Assembly: GCA_002633005.1 (NCBI GenBank) | Contig: NMRA01000239.1 | Span: 124,001-188,000 of the forward strand | Length of the DNA: 64,000 bases | Origin: Phoronis australis | Lineage: Eukaryota; Animalia; Phoronida | Reading direction: 5' to 3' | Part shown: one piece after another, positions 49,026 through 62,100 of the stretch | Numbering within the stretch: the stretch's first letter is position 1 | Layout of the letters: every line of letters starts with the position of its first letter | The notes under the pieces: model-generated | What the model saw: only the letters and a program-made list of their open reading frames with translations | Told to the model about the DNA's origin: nothing | Databases searched by the model: none | Position numbers and translations under genes: made by a program

Positions 49026-50997
49026 AGCACATCCTTGAGCAGAGTAATCTGTGTCACTTATCACATCTGTAACTCTGAAAAATAATATATTGACTTGGTA
49101 ATTGGCTGCATCATCATGTTGTTCACAACAGTTTTTATAAAAGTGATGAAAGGAAAATGCACAATGGCAAGCTAGCCTCATGGCCTAGTTATGGGTCCTA
49201 AGTGACCTCTTGTGCTAGGTTGTAATACACAAGGAATTTCTGGAATAGCCTCCTAGGGGCCATTCACTGTGCAGCAGCCCCCTCCTCTGGCCGTTTCGAG
49301 AACATTTCTTTTCCAAATTGATTTTGTACCCAAACATATTGGTTAAGGGGTTATTTCGGAAAAAAAGTGTTTTGCTCCACCAAATCCTTGACTGCTGACC
49401 ATAGCACTCTTATTCAGCCATGATTTGTAAAGGTAAGGAGCAGTGATGGGCTGCTGTAAGCAAAATTGATCTATTGCGGTAGAGGTCAAGTACTCAAACT
49501 TGGTTTCGCCAAAGCTGATTAATCAAATACAGAAAGTTCCAAAAACTGACTGGCATTTTTGAGTATAGCTTTAATTCTATCTCACATATTACAATACAAT
49601 ACGCTTTCAAGAACATCAAAAAACACAGCTAGTGAAAATTGTGGTTAAGGATTTTGCACAATAATACGTTATATTGGTTACTGTTTTTTAAATACCTGTT
49701 TGAATATCATGTCATTGATGGGTGACCTATGTGCTATTGGTTACTAGAGATTGGTAATCCCTTTGTAAAAATGGGAAAATGATGAGTTGTTTTGAAAAGC
49801 AACGTTGTGATGATTCACCGTTATTATGGAGTGATCCAACACTATGTCACTTAAATTATTAATTTCTAGGGTAACTTCTGAAAAATGCACCTGGCATTAT
49901 CTGACTTCCTGCTGTTTCATGTTCTCAATCAAAACACACTTTTACAACCTGCGCAACAATACATTCTTAAAATCACAGAAACAGAATGTGTGCACAAAAA
50001 CTGCCAGCAAGTTTCTATTGCTTGCTCAGCAATGTCACCGACTACGAAAATTTGTCCAATTCCCATCAATAGTATGGTGCAGGAGATCTCTTCAGCATGG
50101 CTTCAATAGATGTCTGAGGACACCTCAGTTGACAAGATGTTAGAGATAAACCTCCCAAATTTTGAGTACCAGTTTGACCCACAAAATTGCATTCGGTGTT
50201 TATGTGGTTTTCAAAATCAGGTACCACTAAAAGTGACTAGTGTCGTGATTAACACGAAACATTAATTATGGCTCTATGATGAATTGAAAGAATAAAGGAA
50301 TTTTGCACAGATAAACAAATTTGTGTCAGACATGAGAAATGACCTCGAAAGAATGTGCTCAGGGAGTTTTTCAGTATTTGTTGCCTAAAGAGCCTCCTTG
50401 GGAACTCTTTCTTGGTGAGGTCCCTTTCAGAAATCCCAGGTAATACACAAACGTCGGACATTATTCAGTGGATCAAAAAGAGGAGACTACATCGCGCAAT
50501 GACACATTTTGAGCTATTTAACACTGGTAATAAGCATGCATGACCTACTTAGCTTTGTATGCAAACATCAGACTGGAGACGGGCAGAATGAAACCAAACA
50601 GTGAAATCAGGGTCGCATTCTAAAGGCCCAAGAAAAGCGAGAATGACCACATGCTTTGTTCGCAGTGCACGGACTATGTACTGCCAGGACTGTATTTTCG
50701 CAAGTTTCTTTTGTCCATTTTAGCTGGCGAAAGCCTGAGGCATTCGAGTTTTCTAATCGTCATCAGTCAAAAAGGTACAGCTCCGTCATAAGTGTCCAAT
50801 TTAAACACCCATATCAAACACAAATCTGTTTGCACCTAATTCGCTATGAATGCAAAAAACTCCCTTCGATAACCATATAGTGAAACCTAGCTATACAGTA
50901 AGGAGGATGCTCCCAATTATGTAGAGATTTGCAAACTGATTCACATGCAGTAAAATTGTTCATGAAGTTCTCGAACTTACTGGAGGAAGTAACCTAA

Positions 50998-51068
50998 CAT
51001 GGGTGGCGCACCATAGAGCGTTTGGGGGCCATAGCCCCTCCACTTTTTTCAGTGCTACGCCGCCAATG
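50998..51068. mobile_element. Very short MITE-like element
   Basis: CATGGGTGGCGCACCA vs TGCTACGCCGCCAATG, imperfect TIR. Confidence 0.4.
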
Positions 51069-51777
51069 CCGAAGCCATAACCTTCCATAAAGAATTGTCA
51101 TTTCCCGAGTTATATCTAATTACAACCTATGGTACATGAGAGAAGTTTCATTGTGATTATAAATATAATATTAGGTGAACACTAAAATCAGTGTCTCAAA
51201 ATCGTTCATGGTTTGTTCCATTTTTTGGAATTTGGGGGTGTCATATTTTTCTTTGACAGGGATGGCTGAAGTTGGGTAGCTCTAAACTTCTGAGCTAAAG
51301 TGTCATATCTCTGTACATGAAAAAGCAGTCCACTGCTGACAATAAGAACAGAAGACTCGGACGTGCAGATTGTCCAAACCTGCAAGTGCAAACAAAGCCA
51401 ACGAACTGAGGTCGCAATAATTTTCACTCAGATTTTGTCATGAGCTGGGAAATGTTTGTAAGAATAGCTGTAAGTCGGATTTTTTAGCAGTGGCTGAAGC
51501 TGTTTAGCGTTCATTCAAAGTTTAGTTCACCCAAATAACCTTCATTACAACCTCAACTGGCTACCAGTACTTTTGCTTTCAGTGAACCCATCTTCCACTT
51601 CGTCCTTCACCTTGGATGACCTCCAGCTGACGTTAATAACTAAGAGCTAGTATAACCAATTTAAAAAATAATATTGTTTGAGAAGCGTAAAAAAGTAAAA
51701 ATATATACATTTAAAGTCTGTTTAATCATATCATTGAACAAAATGAGATTTTTTGTTTTGCTGGAGTTTTACGACAG

Positions 51778-51812
51778 TAGGTCACGTGATTTTAGCGCGG
51801 CGATTTAAAATT
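51778..51812 (+). promoter_or_regulatory. ERCC6L / CCDC117-like bidirectional promoter with E-box and E2F/CDE-CHR-like motifs
   Basis: GTCACGTGA (51781-51789), TTTAGCGCG (51791-51799), 4-nt spacer, TTTAAA (51804-51809); probable 5'UTR donor GTAAAC at 51887. Confidence 0.55.
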
Positions 51813-53069
51813 TATGTGTGTGTGCAATAATTTGTGGGTTGGTAAACATTCGTTAATTTTGTGGTAATCGTGTCGATTGTATATAGGTAAACGTTCAGTC
51901 TCATTTAGTAAGTGTTAAACAGGCAGTCGAGGCTTCTGCTAGTTGAATATTATGGTGCAGCTGGGATGCCCTTGACGGGATGGATTAATCATTAATGACA
52001 ACGTTTTTGTAAATAATACACCACCCACGCCACGGCACCACCGCCCTCAATCTTGTTGGTAAACGGGCAAACCAATCCTTGATTTGAGAAGCTGAGTATT
52101 AGCTACTAGGATGCAGTGTGTTTATGGCCCTCCATACACCGAAAGCGTATATGGCATCCATATGCCTCTGGAATGGCAGGTCCCAGTCGTTCATCCAAGG
52201 GGAAAGGTGCCTGTAATCTTCGGAGAGGGGAATATTTTGGGAAGAGGGAAAATTCTACCACCCGATCACCATCAATAGCACCCCCACCTTTTTTCAAGCC
52301 CTCATAGGCTCTACAGCAAGTAGTGAAATGTTTTGCACTCTTTCTAAATGTCACCTGTGTGAGTTACAAGTGATTCGAACCTCGAAGGGAACTTTTCCAT
52401 CACTTGAGCTAGAATTTTCAGGCATCATGAGAGGGATTTCACATGATTTTTGAAGGGGAGTAGGGCCGATATTTTGCCTCAAAATTGAGGTATTGAGAGC
52501 CCTTTATGGTCACCGTCTCTATATATCTCTCTCTATACAGTAAAAGCATATATGGCTGCCCTATGCCTGTGGGATGACCACCGTCTTTACTGCCAAGTTG
52601 AGATGGTGGTACTGACTAACGTATCTTAAAACTATGATTATCAGTTAATTTTTTCATTAGTAACTTTAACATGCAGGTGGATTTAGGGGGCCCACCACTC
52701 TCCTCTGCGCACGACCAAAAAGGCAATCCGGGCAAAACCAGAAAAATCCTGCCGACATCCCATTTTTGGTACGTCACAAACACAAGTGTGGTTGTCCCCT
52801 CCCCCACTTGCTACATCCTAGATCTGCTTGTGCCTAATAGTAGTACTGCAAGTAGAGGCATATCAATTTGATTTTGATTCATCACACGGGAAAAGGTGGA
52901 TCGAATAAATTGCAGATCACAAAAAATTCACATTTACTTTGTGTAATGGAGGAAGAAATCTGAACAGAAACGTTGTTAAAGTAAATGCACTGTAGGTGTC
53001 TCTGTCAGTTGTGTTTTGAGTTGTATCCAAACTTATTCTTCCAGTGAGTTGAAATTTAAGAAGGTGATC

Positions 53070-53100
53070 ATGAATTCTGTGGAGAGACTTTCTCAACCTC
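53070..53100 (+). CDS. ERCC6L: ERCC6L first coding exon
   Basis: [10 protein letters not shown](L); donor GTAAGT, phase 1 matches the next exon. Confidence 0.65.
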
Positions 53101-56100
53101 GTAAGTATGGTGCAAGTCATGAAAATTACAACCAGTTGTTATTCAAGTTTTCCAGTTGTTGGAACGCTGTAGTATATTTTAGAAGTGAACTTCTGAAAAA
53201 CATACTTTTTATTAAGCCCATTCACATGACTGTAAAGCCGCTATTTCAACTCTTAAAGCTGCATTTTGTCCCGCTAAAAATGGAAACCAAATTAGGCTTT
53301 TTACTCTTATGAAATCTGTCTTTTCTTCTGTTACCAAGAAGAATATATCGTACAAACCCTCAACAGGTAAAAAAACCTCGTTGGAAGTCATGGATTTTAT
53401 TAGGGGTTCTCAACCCTGAAATTCTAAAACGGGGGCTTCAATTCCTAGATACAATCAACACAAGAGGAGAATTCATCATATTTTTAGGTCGCTAAAAAGT
53501 CAAATGTGTTAACAGCGTACTATTGCCAGAGTTTCTGTTTCAGTCCAACAAATCTCCCTGAACACCCAATCGTTTGGGAAGGTTGGACATTCTAAAGATG
53601 TACAGCTGCGCTTCAATAAGCTTGTCACCAAGGGCAAAGAGCTGGCAGGTCAGGGTTATGTCAGGAAGGCGCTAGAGTACAACAAGAAGGCAATTGCTCT
53701 CGTCTATAATGAAAAATTGGCCAAGAGAATTAAAAAGATGGAGGTGATACATTTTCTTTAAAAAATGTGATGTAATTTCAAAATGTTTGTTTCGAGTTCC
53801 ATGTCATTTATCTGTCATATCGGTTATGTGAATGTATGGCAATGCAGCATTTTAAGATAGAAAAGTGTGTGGGTATTTTCTTGTTCATTTGATGCAAAGT
53901 TTGTTATACATTGTCACATAATCTTAAAACTCATTTCATTTCATATTTAATGTGTTCATTTTTTGCTTCAGGGCATGTGTATGTTGTCTCTGCCACTCTT
54001 TCACACACAAAATATTTACTACTGAGTGACTACATCCCCTATGTAAACTTCAATTTTATATTCCACAAAGCATGTGTCAAGAATGTCTAGCGGTAGGCAC
54101 AACTTAGCAGACTTGAACTTTCATGGCTATAACTTGTACAAGTATTTAGACTTACTTTTCCACGCTTTGCCTTTCATTCAAACTCGTCTCTCTGACTCCG
54201 ATAGCTTTTCCTGCAAGAGAACGAGAAAACTAATGGGGATGATGAAGATGACAGTGATGGTGACATGTATCACCTGGGTGAGGGGTTCTACCTGTACAAG
54301 GATCTGTTCAACAAGCTGTATCCGCACCAGAAGCAAGGCGTGCTATGGTTCTGGGGCCTCTACCTCAAGAAGAAGGGTGGAATACTGGGGGATGACATGG
54401 GGTAAGTTGACAGGATGTGAGAAGGTTAACAAGCTGTACCCCTGCCAGAGTCAGGTCATGCAATCTGTTGTAGGCTTATACAGGAAGAAGGGTGGTGTAC
54501 ATGTGTAGTGAATATGGAGATGGCAAGGGGATTGGAATCAACAAACAATTGTAGGGCATGTCTGGGATTTTATCTAAAGAAAAATGGGAAAATTGGAAGG
54601 GGATTCAGGTATATTGGGGGTCAACATACAGCTGCGCCAACATAAACATGGCGTACTATTATTGCGTGGCCATTACGGTAAAATCTCCAGTTTTGGACAA
54701 AATGATGGCAAAAATCACATTTTATTCACTTTTCAAAGTTGTGAACTCTCACATTTTTCAAAATAATATTGGTGGTAGCTATGGTGCAGACCTTGAACAG
54801 AGCAAAGCATTGTATTTGATGCTACTTATCTTTTATGAAAAAATGAGAAAATAAGATTTCACTTGTCCGTCATATTGCGTCCTGATTGGTGAGATTTTGG
54901 CGTACCGTAGCTCTAGCGTTTTCACATTGGCACAACATTTCGTCGGTCATTTCCTTGGCCATCTTCAGGTGTTATAGCTTTCTTAGGAGAAGGAGCATGG
55001 GTATCTGACACACACATCATGGACACTTGGATTGAATAGATGACTGTCTGGTCTAGGGATTAGAGTGCTGGGATGATGACTGAAAGGTCCCAGGTTCAAA
55101 CCCCTCCGCTAGAAAAAATACATGAAAATACAACCTAAGTGCCTTCCATGAGTATAGGCCTACGCGTGCTCATTTTTCTAAGTATGCAGTAACACCTGAA
55201 GATGGTTGGGAGAGGTGACTGACTGAAATGTCATATCATTAAGTAAAGCAGAAGCTGCTGAAAGCAGAGACCTGTTCGAAGAAAACTGACTTAGCTAACT
55301 TAAAGACAAATCTTGAATTTCTGTCAATTTTAAGACAAAACTTACTAGATTCATCTTAGGTCCATTTCAAGAAAGAGAACTTATTCAGTTTGGTTTAGGT
55401 TTTGTCTTGATTTTGACTAGCTTACCGNATGGAGGTGATACATTTTCTTTAAAAAATGTGATGTAAATTTTAAAATGTTTGTTTCGAGTTCCCTGTCATT
55501 TATCTGTCATATCGGTTATGTGAATGTATGGCAATGCAGCATTTTAAGATAGAAAAGTGTGTGGGTAGTTTCTTGTTCATTTGATGCAAAGTTTGTTATA
55601 CATTGTCACATAATCTTAAAACTCATTTCATTTGATATTTAATGTGTTCATTTTTGCTTCAGGGCATGTGCATGTTGTCTCTGCCACTCTTTCACACATG
55701 AAATATTTATTACTGAGTGACTACACCCCCTATGTAAACTTCAATTTTATATTCCACAAAGCATGTGTCAAGAATGTTCAGGGGTAGGCACAACTTAGCA
55801 GACTTGAACTTTTATGGCTATAACTTGTACAAGTATTTAGACTTACTTTTCCACACTTTGCCTTTCATTCAAACTAGTCTCTCTGACTCCGATAGCTTTT
55901 CCTGCAAGAGAACGAGAAAACTAATGGGGATGATGAAGATGACAGTGACGGTGACATGTATCACCTGGGCGAGGGGTTCTACCTGTACAAGGATCTGTTC
56001 AACAAGCTGTATCCGCACCAGAAGCAAGGCGTGCTATGGTTCTGGGGCCTCTACCTCAAGAAGAAGGGTGGAATACTGGGGGATGACATGGGGTAAGTTG

Positions 56101-59100
56101 ACAGGATCTGAGAAGGTTAACAAGCTGTACCCCTGCCAGAGTTAGGTCATGCAATCTGCTGTAGGCTGTACAGGAAGAAGGGTGGTGTACAGGTGTAGTG
56201 AATATGGAGATGGCAAGGGGATTGGAATCAACAAACAATTGTAGGGCATGTCTAAAGAAAAATGGGAAAATTGGAAGGGGATTCAGGTATATTGGGGGTC
56301 AACATACAGCTGCGCCACCAGAAACATGGCGTACTATTATTGCGTGGCCACTATGGTAAAATCTCCAGTTTTGGACAAAATGATGGCAAAAATCACATTT
56401 TATTCACTTTTCAAAGTCTAACATTGTTGTGAACTCTCACATTTTCAAAATAATATTGGTGATAGCTATGGTGCAGACCTTGAACATAGCAAAGCATTGT
56501 ATTTGATGCTACTTATCTTTTATGAAAAAATGAGAAAATAAAATTTCACTTGTCCGTCATATTGCATCCTGATTGGTGAGATTTTGGCGTACCGTAGGTG
56601 TGATGCATGCTCTAGCGTTTTTACATTGGCACAACATTTCGTCGGTCATTTCCTTGGCCATCTTCAGGTGTTATAGCTTTCTTAGGAGAAGGAGCACGGG
56701 TATCTGACACACACATCATGGACACTTGGATTGAATGGATGACTGTCTGGTCTAGGGATTAGAGTGCTGGGATGATGACTGAAAGGTCCCAGGTTCAAAC
56801 CCCTCCGCTAGAAAAAATACATGAAAATACAACCTAAGTGCCTTCCATGAGTATAGGCCTACGCATGCTCATTTTTCTAAGTATGCGGTAACACCTGAAG
56901 ATGCTTGGGAGAGGTGACTGACTGAAATGTCATATCATTAAGTAAAGCAGAAGCTGCTGAAAGCAGAGACCTGTTCGAAGAAAACTGACTTAGCTAACTT
57001 AAAGACAAATCTTGAATTTCTGTCAATTTTAAGACAAAACTTACTAGATTCATCTTAGGTCCATTTCAAGAAAGAGAACTTATTCAGTTTGGTTTAGGTT
57101 TTGTCTTGATTTTGACTAGCTTACCGAATGTGGAAGTTGAGACTTAAGTCAAAAATGAACTTAAATCAGTTTCTTGGAACGGGTCCCAGACCAATAGATT
57201 TTAGAAATGATGTCATGTATTAGTAGTTTCAAGATTTAGTGTTGCTATAGATATACCAGTGTGATGTCCATAAAATAATATGATGCTATCTATGTTTTGT
57301 TTCAGTCTGGGCAAGACCATTCAAGTGATCTCATTCCTGTCTGGCATGTTTGATGCAGAGAAGGTCCATTCGGTTCTCATTGTCATGCCTGTATCGTTGA
57401 TCATGAACTGGGAGAGGGAGTTTGAAGTTTGGTGAGGCCAACTGTCAAACTGCAGTACTACTATTCACTACGCCAGTGATCTGGCTGAGAAGTTGTAGCA
57501 GTATTAAACTAACTGGTGCATTCACAAAGACTGAACATTTGAGACTTAGGCGTCGGAAGAAAAATTCGAATTTATGATGGCGCAGATAAACATACAGTCA
57601 CCTCTTATGATCGTTGTTTGTGTGCAGTCAAATGTATTTTCCTTGCAATGTTTCGTTCTTTGTAACAGCAAAGTGTAGTATTCACATTCACGTGCTTACA
57701 ATGTTAGCAATGGCCCTACATATGACCCCTGGTACGCTCATGGCAAGTAAAAGCAGTCTTGTCCCTCAAGATTCCCCACTGCCCCTATCTTTGGCCATTT
57801 TCATGTGGTACAAAATCATCCACCCCTCAAGACTCTAAAGACTCCTACAAACTGCCATTTTAAATTGAGAAACAGTTTTCTCCACTGAATAACAGGCATC
57901 AAGCTGATTCTTAAAATTGCTCAATGGTCTGCACAAACTGTCTTAATTTGATTGTGATGATAGTTTGAGCGATTGCGACAGTTTGCGGACTTACATGGCC
58001 ATTTTGTTATTTAGGGCGCCAGGAATCCGTGTTTCTTCTTACCATGGTAACAGTAAGAAAGAGAGGGAGCGATGTCTTTCCAAGGTTCAGCGCCGCGGCG
58101 GTGTGTGTCTGACGTCCTATGGCATGGTGGTATCTAGTTGGGAACTCCTCAGTCAACAGGATGGAAGACATTTTATATGGGTGGGTCAGGCTCTGCGCGA
58201 CGTTTTATCTTCATTCAATAATTGACATTAATTTCACTGTGAAGACAATTGTTTTGGTAACTTTCAAACACAATGTTGTAAATATTTCAAAAACGTGCTC
58301 GTGTGAGGAAACACTCGTCATAATGGATAAGCACTATCCTAATAGTGTAAATCTGTCTTATAATAAAGGCTCTGCAGTGATGTAATCAGGTGAGTCAACC
58401 ATTAGCTGATGTTGAAGACTTAGCCATACCACATTTTGTGGAGTCCCCAGGACCAAACATCATCTACCCTATCATGCTGCAAGAGGCCGCTACCCCAGCA
58501 ATTTACAAAACCAGGGATTTTTTGCTTCAGTTAGTTTCATCTGTTTGGTTTGCAGGACTATGTAATCTTAGACGAGGGCCACAAGATCAAGAACCCAACC
58601 AAGACATCAAAAGGTGTTCATGCCATCACAGCACAAAACCGAGTCATACTGACAGGGACACCTATACAGAACAACCTAAGGGTATATATTTTTATGTTTG
58701 AAATATGTCCTGAAAATAATAGGTGCGTCGCAAGCTCCGTTTCCAGAGATACAAAGGAGACCGTGTATAGGCGATATAAGGTCATTTATTATGACTGATA
58801 AGGTACAGAAATATGAGTGTACAAATAACATAAAGATAAAATAATAATCTCTGGAAAGATGGGCAATAAAAAGCGCCAGCACTCAGGTAAGAGGAACAGA
58901 TTTTACTTAAAAGGATACTACACCTTGTTTTGATGATTTCAACCAATCCTCGTCACCTCATGCATCATTGGTGCCCATCTTCAAAGATGAAAGCATGAAT
59001 CGACTAAAAACTTGTACCCCCTATTTCACAAATTGGACATTATGGTCTTTGGTGAGTGATCTTTTCCCTGGAGTTGCCATGTAATTCACTAAAAGCAAAA

Positions 59101-62100
59101 GGTCACGCTTGCCTGCTGAGTAGACTTTGAAAGACGTTTTCAAATTTTCCTCCAAACTTTTTATAGTTACAGAGCATTATTTTGTTTTAGAGAAATAGAC
59201 GACAGTAAAGTCGATTTTAGTGTCTGTTAATAGGCCAAAATAGGGTTTGGTATTCTTTTAATATGCGCAATAAGCTGGTCATTAAATGTCGTATCATTTC
59301 CAAATTTTGATCAAATATATCATAAAAAGTTCTGACAGCGTTTATGACTATCTTTCACATATAACCATGCCTTGGCATAGCTGACAACACCTTGGACATA
59401 GCTGAACTTACGGTGGCATAACTGAATATACCGTGGCATAGCTTAACTGAGCATAAAATTGTTGGTAAAACAGGCTTGTGGTTATCATGTAATTCATTTC
59501 AAAGTAGTATCGGAAACATTTTTATGACTCACTTATACATGCATATTGTTGTCATCTCTGTCCAGGCAAGCTTTTACAGGATTTCAATGAGATTTGGCAG
59601 ATGAGTTACTTGTTTTTTATCTAGCTATGAATTAAGATTACGTTTTTACTAAATGCTACCATGTCTCAAAATTGCATAGTAACGGTGCATATTATTAAGT
59701 AAATAATAAAATTTTCTTGTATTTCATTTTTCAGGAGTTGTGGGCCCTGTTTGACTTTGTCCACCAAGGCATGCTGCTAGGCACGTCACGAACATTTAAG
59801 ATGGAGTATGAAAACCCAATTACACGGGTAAGATCTTGTGTTCTTCATTTACAAGATTTGTATTATTTAGTTATAATAATTTAGGAAAAAGAATAACAAA
59901 AGTCAGCCAAACTTTGTCAGACAAAATGACATATTATTCACGTGACGACTGCTTTAGTGGAATTCCTCGTCATGACAGTTGAGTGCAAGCGTAATTTAGC
60001 GGCATTATTAGCTGTCTGCGATGACACGGAACGGCGGGAAATTTGCCTGAATGTCAATAAAGTTGAGAGACTTTTTACTGTTACACGAGTCAGAATAGAT
60101 CATCATGACATGAGAACTACGTTTTGTCTTTTTTCTTTTTGTTTGTGCTGTATTTTTATTCCAACTGTGAAGTCCTTGATTATTTGTTTCATCTTTTTAT
60201 TGTTTATGAAAGCTGAAATGTTAATGAAGAGAAAAACCAATGTATTTCACAGGTGGCGCTTATAGTCAGTGGACCTGCTTCTGGCAATTTCTGAAAACAG
60301 GCCTTATATTTAGAATTCTTTTCGAGTATTGAACTATTTTGAAAACTTCTGTGCCATATAGGATTTCGCAGAATGAATAGTGTCAAATAAAAATAATGCT
60401 TTATGAGAATTACAGGACTATAGCTTATTTCAACACTTTTTTGACGTATCTGCAAAATGGACTTAACAGGTGAGGCCATTGTCACACTCAACTGTCTTCA
60501 CACATTGGTGCTTATTCAACGTCGCTGGCACATATTCTGCTTATAGGCCACATGTTTCTTAAAGTATACTGGGACTTATATGTACAGTTCTAGAAAAGTA
60601 AAACACATGCCTTCTGACTTACTACCAGCAATTCTTGGTTGTACTGTGGAGGTTCTAACAATTTCAATTAGACTGGTACTAAACCTTGTTTTGGTATTAC
60701 TTCTGTCACCCGCTGATGGTATTTCGTCTGAGTTATAAAGGCATTATTTAACTAAGACACTTGTTCACTGTGTCATAAAGGAGACCCTGTGCTTCTCTGT
60801 TGTTGGTCTTTCAATTGTTGCATAACTTGCCTAATGAATTAGTTACACTTGCGTATTTAAGGATTTTTCAAAATTGCTCCAACTGAGCATTTTTGTCTTA
60901 AGGTCTCAGTGAACACGCGGTAATTAATCTGTGAAAATGCTAAAACCAGGTTTAGCATCAAAGTTCTCATGTTAGTGTATGGTCTCTTTGAGAGTATGAC
61001 ATACGATAGACATAAAAAGTAATATACTACGCTTTTAAGGCTCGTGAACGAGACTCCACTGTGGGTGAGAAGCGCTTGGGGAGCGAGATTGCTGAAAGCC
61101 TCAAGCGAATCATTGCTCCATATTTCCTGCGACGGACCAAGGCTGAGGTCCAGGATAATACCGATGCTGGCCAAGAGGTGGAGCAGGGTGATGTCGAACA
61201 ACCAAGAACTCCACAGTAATTGGCTTGTTGTTAAAAACTGAGAAAAATTAGCAATGAATTGAAATTTTTGTTTCTTGAACTGGTGTACTTGGGAAGGATC
61301 GAGGTAACGACCACTGGAGATTTCGACCTAGATTTTGCAATTTCGACATGGGAAATCTAGCGAGTCAACAAAAATTAAGTTGATCTAAAATCAAACTCAG
61401 CCAACCAGGCCTCCATTTCATGAAAGTGTTTTAGTCTTAACTAGGTGCTAACTCGCTGACCACTGAGGGCAGCGGATGACAATCATAATGATCCCACTGG
61501 AATTCCTGTTCGATCGCCTCTCAAATAAGAAATTCACTCAGAAATTGAATCTTACTGACAATAATCCAGATGAATCGCCCGTAGTGGTAATTTTGGGAAC
61601 TGCTGTTTTACTTGGATTTCCTTGCTTTGTCCTGTAATTATGAATTTTGACCTGGAATTTTTGGAAGTTGAAATTGTTGACTGAGAATGTTGATGAATGT
61701 TTCTCTCTGCCTGTTTGTTTGTGTACTTCTGGTGTGACAACAGTTTAGTGGTCGAGAGGTTTATTGTTTGTTTTCATTAGTGGAACATGCAGAATGTTAC
61801 CCCATAATCAGTTGGGGTCCACCTGTATCCAAAAAAATCTCTCACAACTGCATATATATAATCTCAGCAACACTAATTATAACCTTGTTATATTTGTAGC
61901 ATGCCAACTATGTCTCGAAAGAATGATTTCATCATTTGGGTCTACCTGTCAGAGACCCAGCAGAAGATCTACCAAGATTTTTTGTCACTTGATGAAGTGA
62001 AAGAAGTAAGTCAACCAAAGTTTGTTGTAGTTACGAGAAAGATGTGTGCAGCCATGTTCTTACTGGCAAACTATTTCTCATGTAAGAAGAATACTGAATA

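Larger units (their letters stand above)
53738..57126 (+). repeat. Tandem near-identical duplication (53738-55427 / 55429-57126) joined by a single n
   Basis: n at 55428; copies differ by SNPs and short indels. Confidence 0.9.

Noticed and set aside
54074-54508. 144-aa and 126-aa ORFs (also 55765-56145) as separate genes
   Set aside because: Off-frame readings across the ERCC6L exon; the conserved helicase frame is a different one.
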